From NCBI GenBank assembly GCA_951406725.2, contig OX597823.1:58032001-58096000 (forward strand): 64,000 nt of DNA, written 5' to 3'. The notes beneath the pieces were generated by a model, which was not told where the DNA came from, did no database searches, and saw only the letters and a list, made by a program, of their open reading frames with translations. This DNA comes from Octopus vulgaris (taxonomy: Eukaryota). A program made the translations under genes and the position numbers. This document shows, in pieces, positions 1 through 13,813 of this stretch. Numbering within the stretch: position 1 is the stretch's first letter; every line of letters begins with the position of its first letter.

Positions 1-89
1 AGTGCTGCTGCACCACCACCACCACCACCACCACTGCCGCCGCCGCCGCCGCCCGCAATACCACTAAAAATTCTGCCAGTTCACCGCCT

Positions 90-111
90 TAATAATAATA
101 ATAATAATAAC

Positions 112-177
<66 letters not shown>

Positions 178-389
178 TCTTTCTACTGTAATCATAAAGA
201 CTCAAATTTGGGGGAAGGGATTAAGTCGATTATATCGACCTCAGTGCGTAACTGGTACTTAATTTATCGACCCAGAAAGGATGAAAGGCAAAGTCGATCC
301 CGACGGCATTTGAACTCAGAATGTGAAGACAGACGAAATGCCCCTAAGCATTACGCCCGGCGTGCTAACGATTCTGCCAGCTTGCCGCC

Positions 390-465
<76 letters not shown>

Positions 466-470
466 CAACA
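90..470. repeat. (AAT)n microsatellite split by a SINE insertion
   Basis: AAT runs at ~90-176 and ~391-470 on either side of the SINE at 177-391. Confidence 0.95.
177..391 (-). mobile_element. tRNA-derived SINE, family A
   Basis: Reverse complement of head aaggcggcaagctggcagaatcgttagcacg...ctgagttcaaatgccgtcg (A/B boxes); homologous to copies at 41791 and 53124. Confidence 0.9.
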
Positions 471-958
471 ACATAGCCACCAGCTACAACAAGAGTAGCC
501 ACATGTTGCGTGTCTTGATAATTGAAATGACCTCTGACAATAAATAACTTTGAGAAGTACTTCCACCAATATTTTATATCTTCGACAAGTCCGAAATACC
601 TTTACTAAACCTACAAGTTCACAAAGCAAAAGAAAGAAAACAAAAGCAAAAAATAAACGATAAAAAGAATATACATATGTCTCACGAATTTGACTAAATA
701 TATCCTCTTATTTTCATAACATGAAATGCTAAGAATTGTTGTCGTTCTTATTGTTGTTGTTGTTGTTGTTGTTATAGACTCGGTCAATGTTGTTCACCAC
801 TTGTCTACAAAGTAAGTGCACGCACTTACACATAGGCAAATAAAACAAATTTACTTAAAAGTATAGGCATATAAGTGTGCTCATACATTTATGTTTGTAT
901 TTCTGTGTGTATAATATATATACACACACACATGTATGTATACATATATTCACATACG

Positions 959-1035
<77 letters not shown>

Positions 1036-1152
1036 GCATTACGTCTACACAAGGATGATATTTGTAATACATCTACCTATTTATCTATATATCTATCTAT
1101 CTATGAGTGTATATATACATACATGCATACATATACATGTATATATATACAT

Positions 1153-1224
<72 letters not shown>

Positions 1225-1389
1225 ACATTACTGTAAGCATGTATTTACGTAGACAATACAAAAATGAGTTAATATTAAGAGGCATAACTCAGTCGCCACT
1301 GGAATATATATGAACAACTTAGACAAATACAGATATTCTGTTAAAAACATAAAGGAAAGCTCTTGGAAAACCACTGCAAATGCTTTTCC

Positions 1390-2030
1390 AGAGTTTCCTT
1401 TAACGCGGTAAATTTCCTCAAAAGTTAAAAAAAAGGAATAATATGCCCTGTCCACAAAGGAGGATACAGAGCAGATGCTAGGAGCTACAGACCCATCCTT
1501 CTGACCTCACATGTCATCAAGATCATGGAAAGCATTGTCAGAAAAAGATTGACCACTTTCCATGAAGAAAATGATTTGCTTACAAACACACAACATGGTT
1601 TCCGTCCTGGACGGAGCTACCTAACAGAGCTACTACAACACTTCGTCTGGGTACTAAAAAATAGCTCGACCATTCAAATGTGGATGTGATATATCTCGAC
1701 TTTGCCAAGGCGTTTGACAAAGTTGATCATGGGATGATATGTCACAAATTGCGAGACCTAGATATCGCTGTAGACTGGGAGAGTGGCTGTATGATTTCCT
1801 AAGGGGCAGAAATCAGGCTGTCACAGAAAATGGTGCTCTCTCTGAAGTGACATCAATCCTTAGCGGATTCACCCAGAGAACAGTGCTGGGTCTACTACTG
1901 TTTATGGTTGCTCTCTTGAACATGCCCTCAGTCATAGAGTGAGGCACACTCACCAGCTACGCCGATGATACAAAAGTATCGCAGACGGTCAAGGATCCTA
2001 CTGACATCCTAACACTGCTGAATGACCTAC
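1390..2030 (+). mobile_element. Decayed CR1/L2-group LINE reverse transcriptase fragment
   Basis: Translates to CPVHKGG..SYRPILLTSHVIKIMESIV..QHGFRPGRSYLTEL..DVIYLDFAKAFDKVDHG..YADDTK, with frameshifts and stops. Confidence 0.92.
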
Positions 2031-3219
2031 GTTGTGGTTAAGAGCGCGGGATACTAACCCCACGGTTCCTAGTTTTTACAGAGGTCGAAAGATTTCTTTA
2101 TTTCTTTTTCAAATTTATAATTACATCTTTGTTTAAACGCGTGATTGGATAATGTCATATGTATACGTCATCTTGATAAATCAGTTCTTTTATACTTTAG
2201 ACAGTCGTTGCAGTTGTTTAGTCTCAGGACGGCACACATTAAGCAAACCTTAGGACAAAAAGCATATCAGCGGCAATCATTCTCGTTTTTGTTGTAGTTT
2301 TTCAAATAATTCTTTAAATCATCTGTAAGTGATTTCTTTCTTGAAATCTTGATTACTTACCCATTTTGATACCACCGTTATTTGGTAACTTTGGTGCTAT
2401 TAGAGGAATCTACTCTGTTGCAAGCGGACAAGTTAGGTTTCCAATTTCCTAGGTCATGAGAGGGGTCATATAGTATGGGAGTGATTGGCTTATGTATTAA
2501 GTATATATATATATATATATTGGTCGTTTATATAAGTATATATAAGTATATATTGATCGATTTGGGTTACTGTTTGCTTTGTTTGTAAGGTTACCTATGA
2601 ACTTTGTTTTTTCCATTTGTGGTTGCCCAAAGTTCATGTGGAAGCTCCTATTTCCGTCCTCACCAAAATAAACAGAAGTAAAGAATGTTAAATTATAAAC
2701 ATTTACGATACATAATTTTACAGCAAAACTCTAAAAGGTTAGTCATACATGCTATATATATATGTGCAAATTTTCAATAGACAGCATAAACAATTGACAC
2801 TAGATACTATGGCCAAAAAATTTACTGGTTACAGAAAGAACCTGACACCAGCGATCTGTAAAGTTAAATTCCAGTGATAACGAGTAAGAAATACACATAA
2901 TGGGTTCCAAAGAATGTATCCTACAATAAAAACGATAATAAGAAACGCCACTAAAATCATTAAATGCAGAAACTAAAACTGTGCACATGAAACATCGATG
3001 GACATAGGAAATTTATTGTTCTCCAGAAAATATAACAGACCAATAAGGATTTCTAAAAAATCCTTATTAAAAGAGCTAAAAGAGGTGGAGATTAACATTT
3101 ATCATAACACACACCACACACACACTCGTTTATACGCTAACACCACTCCACTACATACACTTGTTTTTGAGTGTATTTGTGTGGTGTGTGTGTATATGTA
3201 CATATACATATACATATAC

Positions 3220-3278
<59 letters not shown>

Positions 3279-3736
3279 CGACTTAATTGTTTTCCATACT
3301 TACAGTTGAGGAAGTCTCAATGACTAAAACCGCTATCTTTACTTTTTCCCATATATATATATATATACACATATATTTATATATACATCTACACACACAC
3401 GTATATACATCATCTTCATAAGCATACATTTCTATATACGTATATAGAATATATGTATGTTTAGAAATTTACGCATGTATGTATGTGCATATGTGTATAA
3501 GATATAAAAACACATTTCTTCGCTTCTCGAACCTCACGCCACGACAATCTTTCGAACAAATCGTATATAAAGTAGTTGTAGAGTGTCAACTTAATATGAC
3601 AGTCCCATGAAGGGAATAATAATACTGCTATTTAGCCCTAGGAAGCAGCAACGCTTCCTGTCGGCCTTGACACATTTCTTGTGAACTTCTGTTTACAAGG
3701 GGGAGATAAGCACCTCCACCCAGCTGAGCCTGAACG

Positions 3737-3775
3737 CAGAGACTAGTTTCTGAGTCTTTGCTCATCATCAGTCTG
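3737..3775 (-). ncRNA. Minimal type-I hammerhead ribozyme
   Basis: Minus strand CAGA-CTGATGA-TGAG-caaaga-CTCA-GAAA-CTAG-TC-TCTG: stem I CAGA/TCTG, canonical CUGAUGA and GAAA, stem II TGAG/CTCA, palindromic ACTAGT stem III, GUC cleavage triplet. Confidence 0.8.
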
Positions 3776-4768
3776 GATTAGCATGGCCTGCTAGTTGGAG
3801 ACGCCTATCTAGCCCTTGTAAAGATATAAGAATTCTAGTGAAATACATTCACTTATTTCAATGTATATATGTATATATGTATGTATATTTACATTTAAAT
3901 ATCTATTTAAATGCACAAGAGTGAAGGACACTATCAAATGGTTCGTAGTCTTTGAACAACTTGCCAAAGTTTTTAACTGCCTTTTTCTCAAATTTGTTGC
4001 TAATTTACAGATAAGAAACATTTAGAACGTGGCAACGATGTAACACAAGTCTTGACCACAATAAAATGTGATGCGTTGTTGAATTTTGTACCCCATTTCT
4101 TTCTTTTTATTTTTCCACACACAACTCAAATCTTGAAATTCTTAGATTCGCAGACAATTGGAAAAAAATTCGATGCAACGTTTCGAGTATTATGTGTTCA
4201 TACAAAAATTAAATATTTACACTAACATAATTTCCTCACTGATGAGGAGAAAAAAAGAAGCTGTTGTGTAAGCAGGAGCATTCACGGTTCTGCAGTTGCG
4301 TATATTATGATGTCTTCTATTCGGGTGTACTCAGCATCATCGTTTCAGAGTTTTGGTCTTTGATCGTTCTTTAAAATTTAATGCCTTCATCATCATCATG
4401 GGATCCAAGGAAAGTAGTTACTACATGAATCAAAGAATAGAGGAGCTCAAAAGCACTTATGATTGATACTGATCGGCCAAATATCACATGATTTTACGAG
4501 CACGCTTGCTTGCGTGCGTATGTATGCGTGTGTGCGCGCGCGTGCGTATGTGTATATGTGCCTGTGTGTGTATATGTGCTTTGGCGTGTGAATATATGCG
4601 TATAATAACTTTGAATGATTTTCTAGGCATAAAAACAAAGGGTATGAGCTGAGACAAGGACGATATACAAGTAAAACACACACACACATATACGTGTATG
4701 CGTGTATGAATGTATGTATGTTTGTATGATTATATGTATGCATATATGTATATATAAATATGTCTATA

Positions 4769-4807
<39 letters not shown>

Positions 4808-4957
4808 ATATATATATATGCACATGATTGCACGTCCGCATGATTGTGATCATGTATTTAGTGCGTATGTGTATTTTATCCCCATACGCACACACATATA
4901 TACAAACATATATAGATATATATATACACACACATATATATATATATATAATACATA

Positions 4958-5011
<54 letters not shown>

Positions 5012-6011
5012 AGAGAGGGAGAGGGAAGAGACAGATGAATGTATATGCAGATAAAATGCATATATATGTGTGTATATGTGTGTGTGTATTTGTGCATATG
5101 TGCATATGTGTGTTGTGCCTTTTGTGGTTGCGTGAGCGTCCGAGTGTGGTCTATAGCGTTGCTTGCGTATATATGTTTTGTGTACATATGTTGTGCGTGT
5201 GTGTATATATATACATATATATATATATATACATTTCCTTGCGTAGGACGCCGATGAAATATTCATCTCGGTCCATTTGGTAATGTGCCTAAAACATTTT
5301 GGCATTTCTTTGGTGTTTTAAAAACATATTTGAATTCCTCAATCATTTCATTCTTTACAGTGTCTGTTTATAATATTCTTGTTTTATTCTTATTTTTCTT
5401 ATTTCTTTTGCCATTCCTCTTCCTTTTATTCGTCGTATTTATTTGCACACAAATATATTCCTTGTCACACAATTCACATATAATAACAAGCATGTACAAA
5501 ATGAGAGAAAATGAACATTATATCTTAGTAATACTCTTGAAATAAGGAATTTTTTTTTTAGAATATTCTGAACAAAATTAGCTTCCGTCCTTATCCATAT
5601 GCAATAAAAAGTACATGAGTTTTGGCTCTCTTTTTCTGTATAATTTTCATTGCTATGCTTTGTTATTTTTGTCTTATTTTTGATATAATTTGCTGCCAAC
5701 TTGATAAAAGCAAGAAAAGAAAATAAAAATAAGCAAGTACAGCAAAACAGGGAAAAATGAAATTAGGAAAGCGAAAACGGAAAAAAGAAAGAAAAAAGCG
5801 AAGTAGGAATAAGGAGAAAAACAATCTAAGTTAATATCTACGCATGGCTAGATAAAATATTAGCCTGCTTATTATCTCCCTTTATTTATTGGCCTGGCTA
5901 CCACGTATGAATAATAATTAATCTATTAACACATTAGTCTCCTCTCTAGTGTAACGTCAGTGTACATCTGTAGATGAGTGTATATAATATATAGATATGT
6001 GTCTGTGTTAA

Positions 6012-6054
<43 letters not shown>

Positions 6055-6062
6055 ATGGGTAC

Positions 6063-6127
<65 letters not shown>

Positions 6128-6245
6128 AGCGTGAATGAGTGCTACATCGGTTTTACGAATTCATTTTTAGTTCTGTATTATCTTTACTTGGATATATACA
6201 TTCACACACACACACACACCACACACACATATATATATATACATG

Positions 6246-6300
<55 letters not shown>

Positions 6301-6339
6301 ATATATATATACATTCGTACATACATACATACATACATA

Positions 6340-6377
<38 letters not shown>

Positions 6378-7149
6378 TGTGTGTGTGTTTATGTATTTAT
6401 GTTTGCATTTCTAGGCACGTGTCAAGCTGTGCCTGTGACGGTGTATGTAAGCATCTAGGTACGTATGTACATATGCATATATTCATATGGAACCTCCTCC
6501 ACTAACAGACGCTGCTAGGACAATCTTAAATCCGCTCACATTACCTAAACACTATTCGATAACAAAGTATACAGTTCCTCCCTCGTTTATGCGCTTCGTC
6601 TCTTTTTATTCAATGAACTCAAGAACACCCCTTACTTATATCACTCAAAGGCCTACACGCTTAAAATTATATTCTCAAATTTCTGGAGCATCTCAGAAGC
6701 ATGTAGCCTTATTTCTTTTCCTAGCTTTTTTCTTTTATTTGTCATAGTCGTCGAAATAAGTCCATGCTGGAGCATACACATACACACATTCGTGATATAT
6801 ACATATGTCTCAGAATAAAGTGTTAGTCGAGTACACAGCGTAATATAAATTGAAATACATGAAAAGCAACATAAGATTATGTGATGCGCATATTTAGCTT
6901 ACAGGTATTTCTGTTTTAAAAAATTCAATGCGCTGCCTCTTATAGTAGAAACAGGTGTAAGCTAATGAAGTTACTTTGTTATCTATGTAATTTCATGTGC
7001 ATACATATCTATCTATCTATATACTTGTCTGTGTTTGTGTGTGTGAGTGTAAGTATGCATATATGTAAGTATATACATACATATCTATCTATCTATACAT
7101 ATGTATATATGTATATGTGTATATATATACATATATATATATACCCCTT

Positions 7150-7360
7150 CTGTCTGGCGGTCGCCACGATAGATCGTTAGCCACTATACATATTTTTTTC
7201 ACTCCTTGTATCTCTCCTTGTTTTTTCTGTGTCCCTTTCTGTAGAAGAGCGTAGGCTCGAAACGTAAAAGACTTTTTCTATTCCTGAGTATTATACTAAT
7301 ACATATTTGTTTTATACACTACCTGTCTTCGTCTTGTGATTTTTCGTAAACTTTCCCTAT
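7150..7360 (+). mobile_element. Short Penelope-type non-autonomous element with hammerhead-like motif
   Basis: Homologous in reverse to 21765-21950 and 28662-28845; flanked by TA tracts; motif cttt-ctgtaga-a-gagc-gtag-gctc-gaaa-cgta-aaag at 7235-7270. Confidence 0.65.
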
Positions 7361-7421
7361 ATATATACATATATTGGGTAGCGAATATTCTTAGAAATAT
7401 CACCACCAGTAGCCTAGCATG

Positions 7422-7479
<58 letters not shown>

Positions 7480-7483
<4 letters not shown>

Positions 7484-7600
7484 TCAATTTAGAAATACTA
7501 AATCAAATTTCACAAAATATTATGTATATATATATATCATATATATATATATATATATATATAATATTCTGTGAAATTTGAATATTTCTAAATTAATTTT
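7480..7600. repeat. Inverted repeat around a (TA)n core
   Basis: aattcaatttagaaatactaaatcaaatttcacaaaatattat pairs with ataatattctgtgaaatttgaatatttctaaattaattt. Confidence 0.75.
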
Positions 7601-8452
7601 CCATGATATTCCCTCATATTATTATTAATGTATATATATAATTCAAGGGGTGCGTCATAGAATCGTGCGCATGACCAGCTAATATCTGATATCCTGGTTC
7701 TGACATGATATATATATATATATATATAAATTTGAAAAAAACACCTTTTATCAATTCAATAATGAAAAAATTAAATCATACCATTTAGAAAAAATACATC
7801 TTATAGAAAGATTAAATATAAGATAAAATATATACCAATCATTAAGTAATGTGCAAAATAATAAATAAAACGTATATATTTGGTAGAATAACTATCGCAA
7901 ACGCAAACACACAATACACGCACTCGCACACACACATGAGAAGGTTGTGGATATTGAAGCTGAGGCTAGAGATCGTCAAAGGGAAAGCAGACAATGATAA
8001 CAGTTATTATGATATTGATGATAGCAATAATGAGAAGGAAAGAAGGAACAGGTGGCAGAATGTAACGTTGAAGACAAGGATCTGTCTATTGGTTAAATTA
8101 TATAGGAATGTTACTAGTTTAAGTAATATTATTTACAAAAATATAACGATTCTATACTTCCTTCACGTGGCATTTGTTAGTTGATAGGTTCATAATACAA
8201 GGTGGTCTCAAGTTGATCGCTTGAAATGCTATGAATAACAACTAATATCCCTCAACTCACGTGATATTGTCTTGTAAAAGGAACACATGGATAATACAAC
8301 TGTAATACGCAATGCCAGAATAAGATATAGACGGCCCAGAATATGGAATGTTTTGAGTCTGTTTGATTTTGTGACGAACTGGAACCAAGCGAAAACATCA
8401 ACCACAACAGTAGCGATTTGCGTTAAGATCAACATCAACGTCATTACCATCA

Positions 8453-8856
8453 CTCTTTTACTCTTTTACTTGTTTCAGTCATTTGACTGTAGCCATGCAG
8501 CAGCACCGCCTTCAGTCGAGCAAATCTAACCCAGGACTTATTCTTTGTAAGCCTAGTAATTATTCTATCGGTCTTTTTTTGCCGAACCGCTAAGTTACGG
8601 GGACGTAAACACACCAACATCGGTTGTCAAGCGATGTTGGGGGGGGGGGCAAACACAGACGCACAAACACATGCACGCATACGCATACATATATATGATG
8701 GGCTTCTTTCAGTTTTTGTCTACCAAATCCACTCAAAACGCTTTGGTCGGCTTGAGGCTATAGTAGAAGATACTTGGCCAAGGTGCCACGCAGTGGGACT
8801 GAACTCGGAATCATGTGGTTATTATGCAAACTACTTAACACACAGCCACTCCTGCG
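8453..8856 (-). mobile_element. tRNA-derived SINE, family B
   Basis: Reverse complement of the 13814-14206 copy (head gcaggagtggctgtgtg.., tail gactgaaacaagtaaaagagtaaaagag). Confidence 0.92.
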
Positions 8857-9202
8857 ATCAGCAAAATTAAGAATATCATCGCATCCATTTGGGCAAGTCG
8901 GCTAAGGGGTCTTAAAATTTTATTCGATGTGCTTGGAAGTAAACAAAAAAACATAGCAAAAAAAAGTATTACTAGAAATCAAACGCTCCACCTTAAAAAA
9001 AATGGAAAGATACATTGCACATCGCAGGTGTTGTATATAAAAAAGAAAGAACGGAATGTTTACTGCTGCTAGAGAGTACATTTGATCAGAGGGTTGTCCA
9101 ATCAGGGCCAACGTGGAAATTAAAGTACAGCCACACGAAAAACAATGAAAGACATTCGAGACAGACCTATGAGCGAACCCCTGCAGTGGTATTTGATATG
9201 TT

Positions 9203-9522
9203 GTGAAGGCGTATAGCTTATTGGTCAGGGTATTCAACTCACGATAGTAAAGTCGTGAGTTCGATTCTTGACGACCCTTTTCTGTCACTGAGCAAAATCT
9301 TTCTTTCATGTTGCTCCAGTTCACTCAGCTGGCAAAACGAGTTGTACCTATAATACGGCCAGCTTGGTTACATTCCGTGTCACGCTAAATCTCTCTGAGA
9401 ATTACATTAAAGGTACGCGTATCTGTAGAATGCTCAGCCAACTGCACGCTAATTTAACGAATAGGTTGTTCCGTTAATCGGATCAACTGGAACCATCGTC
9501 GTCGTGAGTGACGCAGTGCCAG
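9203..9522 (+). mobile_element. tRNA-derived SINE, family C
   Basis: Head gtgaaggcgtatagcttattgg..gtgagttcgattc, body gttgctccagttcactcagctggc, tail ..gatcaactggaacc..gtgcca; homologous to 21963 and 63567. Confidence 0.88.
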
Positions 9523-9618
9523 TTTTTTTGTCTTATTTGATCTTTTAAAAATATCAAATCACATTCTGCTCTTTCAAATAATATGGGAAACACAAACTAC
9601 ATGCAAGAGTTACTATAA

Positions 9619-9715
9619 TCTGCCCTTTGGAATACCTGCCCTTTCAAATACCTGCCCTTTCGAGTACCTGCCCTTTCGAACACCTGCCCTTTCGAATCCT
9701 GCCCCTTCGAAACCT
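9619..9715. repeat. 16-bp minisatellite, 6 units (CCTGCCCTTTCGAATA)
   Basis: Units visible directly. Confidence 0.9.
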
Positions 9716-9949
9716 ATGTACAATTTTAATGACTTGTAACTGGTTCATCATAAGGTGTATAAGTGTTTTTCTATCAAAAAGGTTTTTCAATCCAACATGG
9801 TATTACCACTTTATGCATGTACATCGCGATGTTCCTGAAATGAATATGTGTTTAAATATGTGTGTGTGTTCGCGCGCGCGTGTGTGCATGTGTATGTGTG
9901 TGCATGTGTATGTGTCTTTGTGCTTGTGTATGTCCCTTTTCACTGATTA

Positions 9950-10150
9950 AAAACCGACGTTTGTTCGTTTACGCCTCCATAACTTAGCGGTCGGTTCACC
10001 AAAAAAAGATAACGATAGAATACTTATCAGGTTTATTTAAAAAAAAAAGTAAATACCGTGTCGTTAGTTCGAATACAAACACTTGCAGGTGTTGCTCCAG
10101 CATGGCTGCAACCCAATGACTGAGGCAACTAAAAGATAAAAAGGATAAAA
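9950..10150 (+). mobile_element. SINE family B, 3' half, decayed
   Basis: aacttagcgg..gatagaat..gctccagcatggctgc..aatgactgag matches the family B tail. Confidence 0.75.
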
Positions 10151-10689
10151 GTTACTTTCAACTATCACAGGCTTTTGCTAACGCAGTAAATAATCAAAAT
10201 GTATTCACGTTTAACGATAACACAAATCAGATATCGACATTTTGGTTCGGAGAAATAAAATATGATATCAAAGTGTTCTGGCGGTGTTTATCATTGTTGG
10301 ACGGTAACCTAACGTAATGTCAATCCCAGCATATCAATTCAAGCTGTCACATTTGTTTTAAGTTAAATAAACAGATATTGCAACACATTAAAGCCTAATT
10401 AATCACATCAGCATTACATCACAGGATACGCTGACAAATTGCATGCGCAATTCCATACCAAGCTTCCATAAGGCTGATAAGTGTCGTCGAGCGTAAACGA
10501 GTTGTACTTATGTAATATTCATTATTCAAAGAACGATATTACGCTTATACATAGATAGATCGTTACGATATTGATATCGTCTGAATCTTATCAAATATTT
10601 GTACATATCGAGATGTATTGCATCAATCTGCCTGTCTCTTTGTACACATATGTATGTATGTATGTATAAAGAAAATGACACTAACTCCC

Positions 10690-10696
10690 ATAGACT

Positions 10697-10764
<68 letters not shown>

Positions 10765-11049
10765 TGTGTGTGTATATATGTATATATATATTTGCATATA
10801 TATATATATGCATGCATATGTATGCATATGTACATATAATATATGTGTGTGTTTGTGTATATATTTGTGTGTAATATATATATATATATATTTATAGTTT
10901 GTATACTGTACATGTTTTATATATATATCTAAAATACACACACACACAGATATATATATATATATACAACTTTACATATACATATATAAAGACATTTCCA
11001 CCTATATAAGTATATGGCTATATATACATATATATATGTATAAATATAC

Positions 11050-11090
<41 letters not shown>

Positions 11091-11144
11091 CATACATATA
11101 TATATATACACTATACAATAAAGCATCTGTCTACTTAGGTTTTA

Positions 11145-11189
<45 letters not shown>

Positions 11190-11984
11190 ATATGTGTGTG
11201 TGTGTGTGTGTATGTATGAATGTCTGCATACACATATAGATATAGATTTATGACAGTAAAATGGAAAAAGGGGGGAAATGTGTATGTCCATGCATCTATG
11301 CTCTATAATTCTATAGGTTTATGTTAATGCTTGCCTATGTGTATGCATTTTCTCTGTTCTCTTGAAGGTCTTCATGATAAGCTCTTTCCAATATTGATCT
11401 AACGTAAGAGATTTCATCTGTATGAAAAATATTACATATTTTTCCCGTCAATGGTTAGATCTAGTCTCAAGGTATTGACTGATAAACGAAACTAATACAC
11501 CACACATTGAGATGCTATCAGCATCATTCGTATATATTCGTACATAGATATTTGCATACATACTTGAAAAATACACACACATATATATACATACACACAC
11601 ATATATATATATATATACATACATATATGTACATATATGTTTACACACACATATATATATATGTATACATATATACATACATCTATATGTGTATATATAG
11701 ATACATATATATATAGACATATTATACAAATACAGATACACACACATGCATACACACACACACACATATATATATGTACAAATTTATATACATATATACG
11801 CATAGATATGTATAGATCCTATATTTATGTATGTGTATGTATATGTATATCTGTACATGCATATAGATACATACATGTATATATATGTGTGTGTGTGTAT
11901 ATATATATTTATGTGTGTGTGTGTATATACACATATATATCTTTACATATATGTATATATATATATATATGCACTTATATAAAA

Positions 11985-12041
<57 letters not shown>

Positions 12042-12075
12042 GTACATAAACACGCGCGTGCGCATACACACATGT
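10690..12075. repeat. Compound (TA)n/(CA)n/(TG)n microsatellite field
   Basis: Dinucleotide runs dominate the interval. Confidence 0.9.
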
Positions 12076-12379
12076 ATATGCTGAAGACACACGTCTTCCA
12101 AAGTGGTCTTCTCTATTGCAGTACTGATGTTATTAGTGAAACATGAAGATTAATTTTGATATACTGCTTTCACTGCTGTAGCGACGATCCATCTTTAGCG
12201 TTTCGTGGTATGGAAAGGCAAATCCACTCTTAGATCATATCTGTAATTCTTTGGCCTCACATAGAACTGGCAATTCTAACGTCACGTTCATTGATTGATC
12301 GCCTGATCTTTATCGACATCCAAGTAATCGATGCAATCATCTTAATCGGCATCATCCTCATATGATTATCATCAATATA

Positions 12380-12552
<173 letters not shown>

Positions 12553-13439
12553 CCTTCATCTTCATTCTGAATATCACTAATGTCATCAGTTATTCTAGCT
12601 GTTTATAAGACCCAGTCTCACTATTACAATTTTCACTTCAACTCCTGTTCCTTTTCTCCCTTTTGCTCGTGAGCAAGGGGTTTTTATATGACAGCTTTTG
12701 TTTTTTTTTTTTAGATGATTCGCAGGTTATAGATCAACAATCAAGACGTTAGTCTTTTGTTTTTATTATCCTTCCTTTGTACTGTTAATATATCCACGAA
12801 CAAAATATTTAGCGTCAACCTGTACTGATCCTCTAAATCTAAGTATATCCCACATTATGCTGCAATGCACTACCATAAAGAGCAGCAGGAGCATAAGAGT
12901 TCCGTCGGTTGCTATCACGATTTTTGGGTCTTCCTTTTAGATATTGATGGGTATCGCTCCTTATCAGATACATGTTTAATGTATTGTTTATAATTCAGTG
13001 TCTTCCCACAAACATCGGAGCGCGAAGCGTTCTTCACGAACCTGCGTTCGCGAGATGGTTGTAATCTGTAAATAGTTTTGCGCATGTGCACAGTGAATTC
13101 GTAAAAGGGAAAAGGAGAATAAAAAACGGAATGCAAATGTCAAACATGTTATATGATGGTCTGCATGTCATGTCTGATACTACTTTCACGCAAGTTTGCT
13201 GCAGTTTTTATATTTATCTTGCTCTAGAATTTATAATCTTCACGTACGATCTACTTATCATGCTGAAACTATCGTGATGGTTTCTCAATCGACTTTTCAT
13301 ACCATCTTCTATTGGAGAAATTTAACCGTTATCAAAGGCGCACAGGTTTCATTTCTAGCTACGAAAAGTTATTGCTTGGAGGTGTAGTTTATTTTCAGGA
13401 CTCAAAGATGTGGAATAGATACCTCAAATAAATCTGTCG

Positions 13440-13787
13440 CTCAAACAATTCCGCCAGTACGGCCTTGATTTGGTATTTATTTGCGAACCCGAAATTATGA
13501 AAGTAAATCTTAGTGGGATTTGAACTTAGGACGCTGAAACCAATATAGTAAGATGTTCAAATCGACTCTCTAACGACTTTGCTAAATCGTCACCTTATTC
13601 TACATACATCTCAAATTCCTTTCTATTATAGGCACAAGGGCTGAAATTTTGCGAGAAATATCTAGTGCTCTGTTACTTATTTCATCGATCCAAAGACCTC
13701 GGTGGAATTTGAACTCAGAACATAAAAATGAACGATATACCACCAAACATTTTACACGAATGCTAACGAATCTGCTAGTTCGCCTTA
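13440..13787 (-). mobile_element. Two decayed SINE family A copies in tandem
   Basis: ggaatttgaactcagaac..gctaacgaatctgctagttcgcctt, and a more diverged copy gggatttgaacttagg..ctaacgactttgctaaatcgtcacctt. Confidence 0.7.
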
Positions 13788-13813
13788 CATACTTCTTATA
13801 TTAAGGTAGATTA

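Noticed and set aside
4238-4260. CTGATGAG (also 20050, and CTGACGAG at 39843) as hammerhead cores
   Set aside because: No stem II plus GAAA at the right spacing
12660-13400. Possible Chapaev-like transposase remnant (DVCGK, KGRPK on minus)
   Set aside because: Too few residues to support without a search
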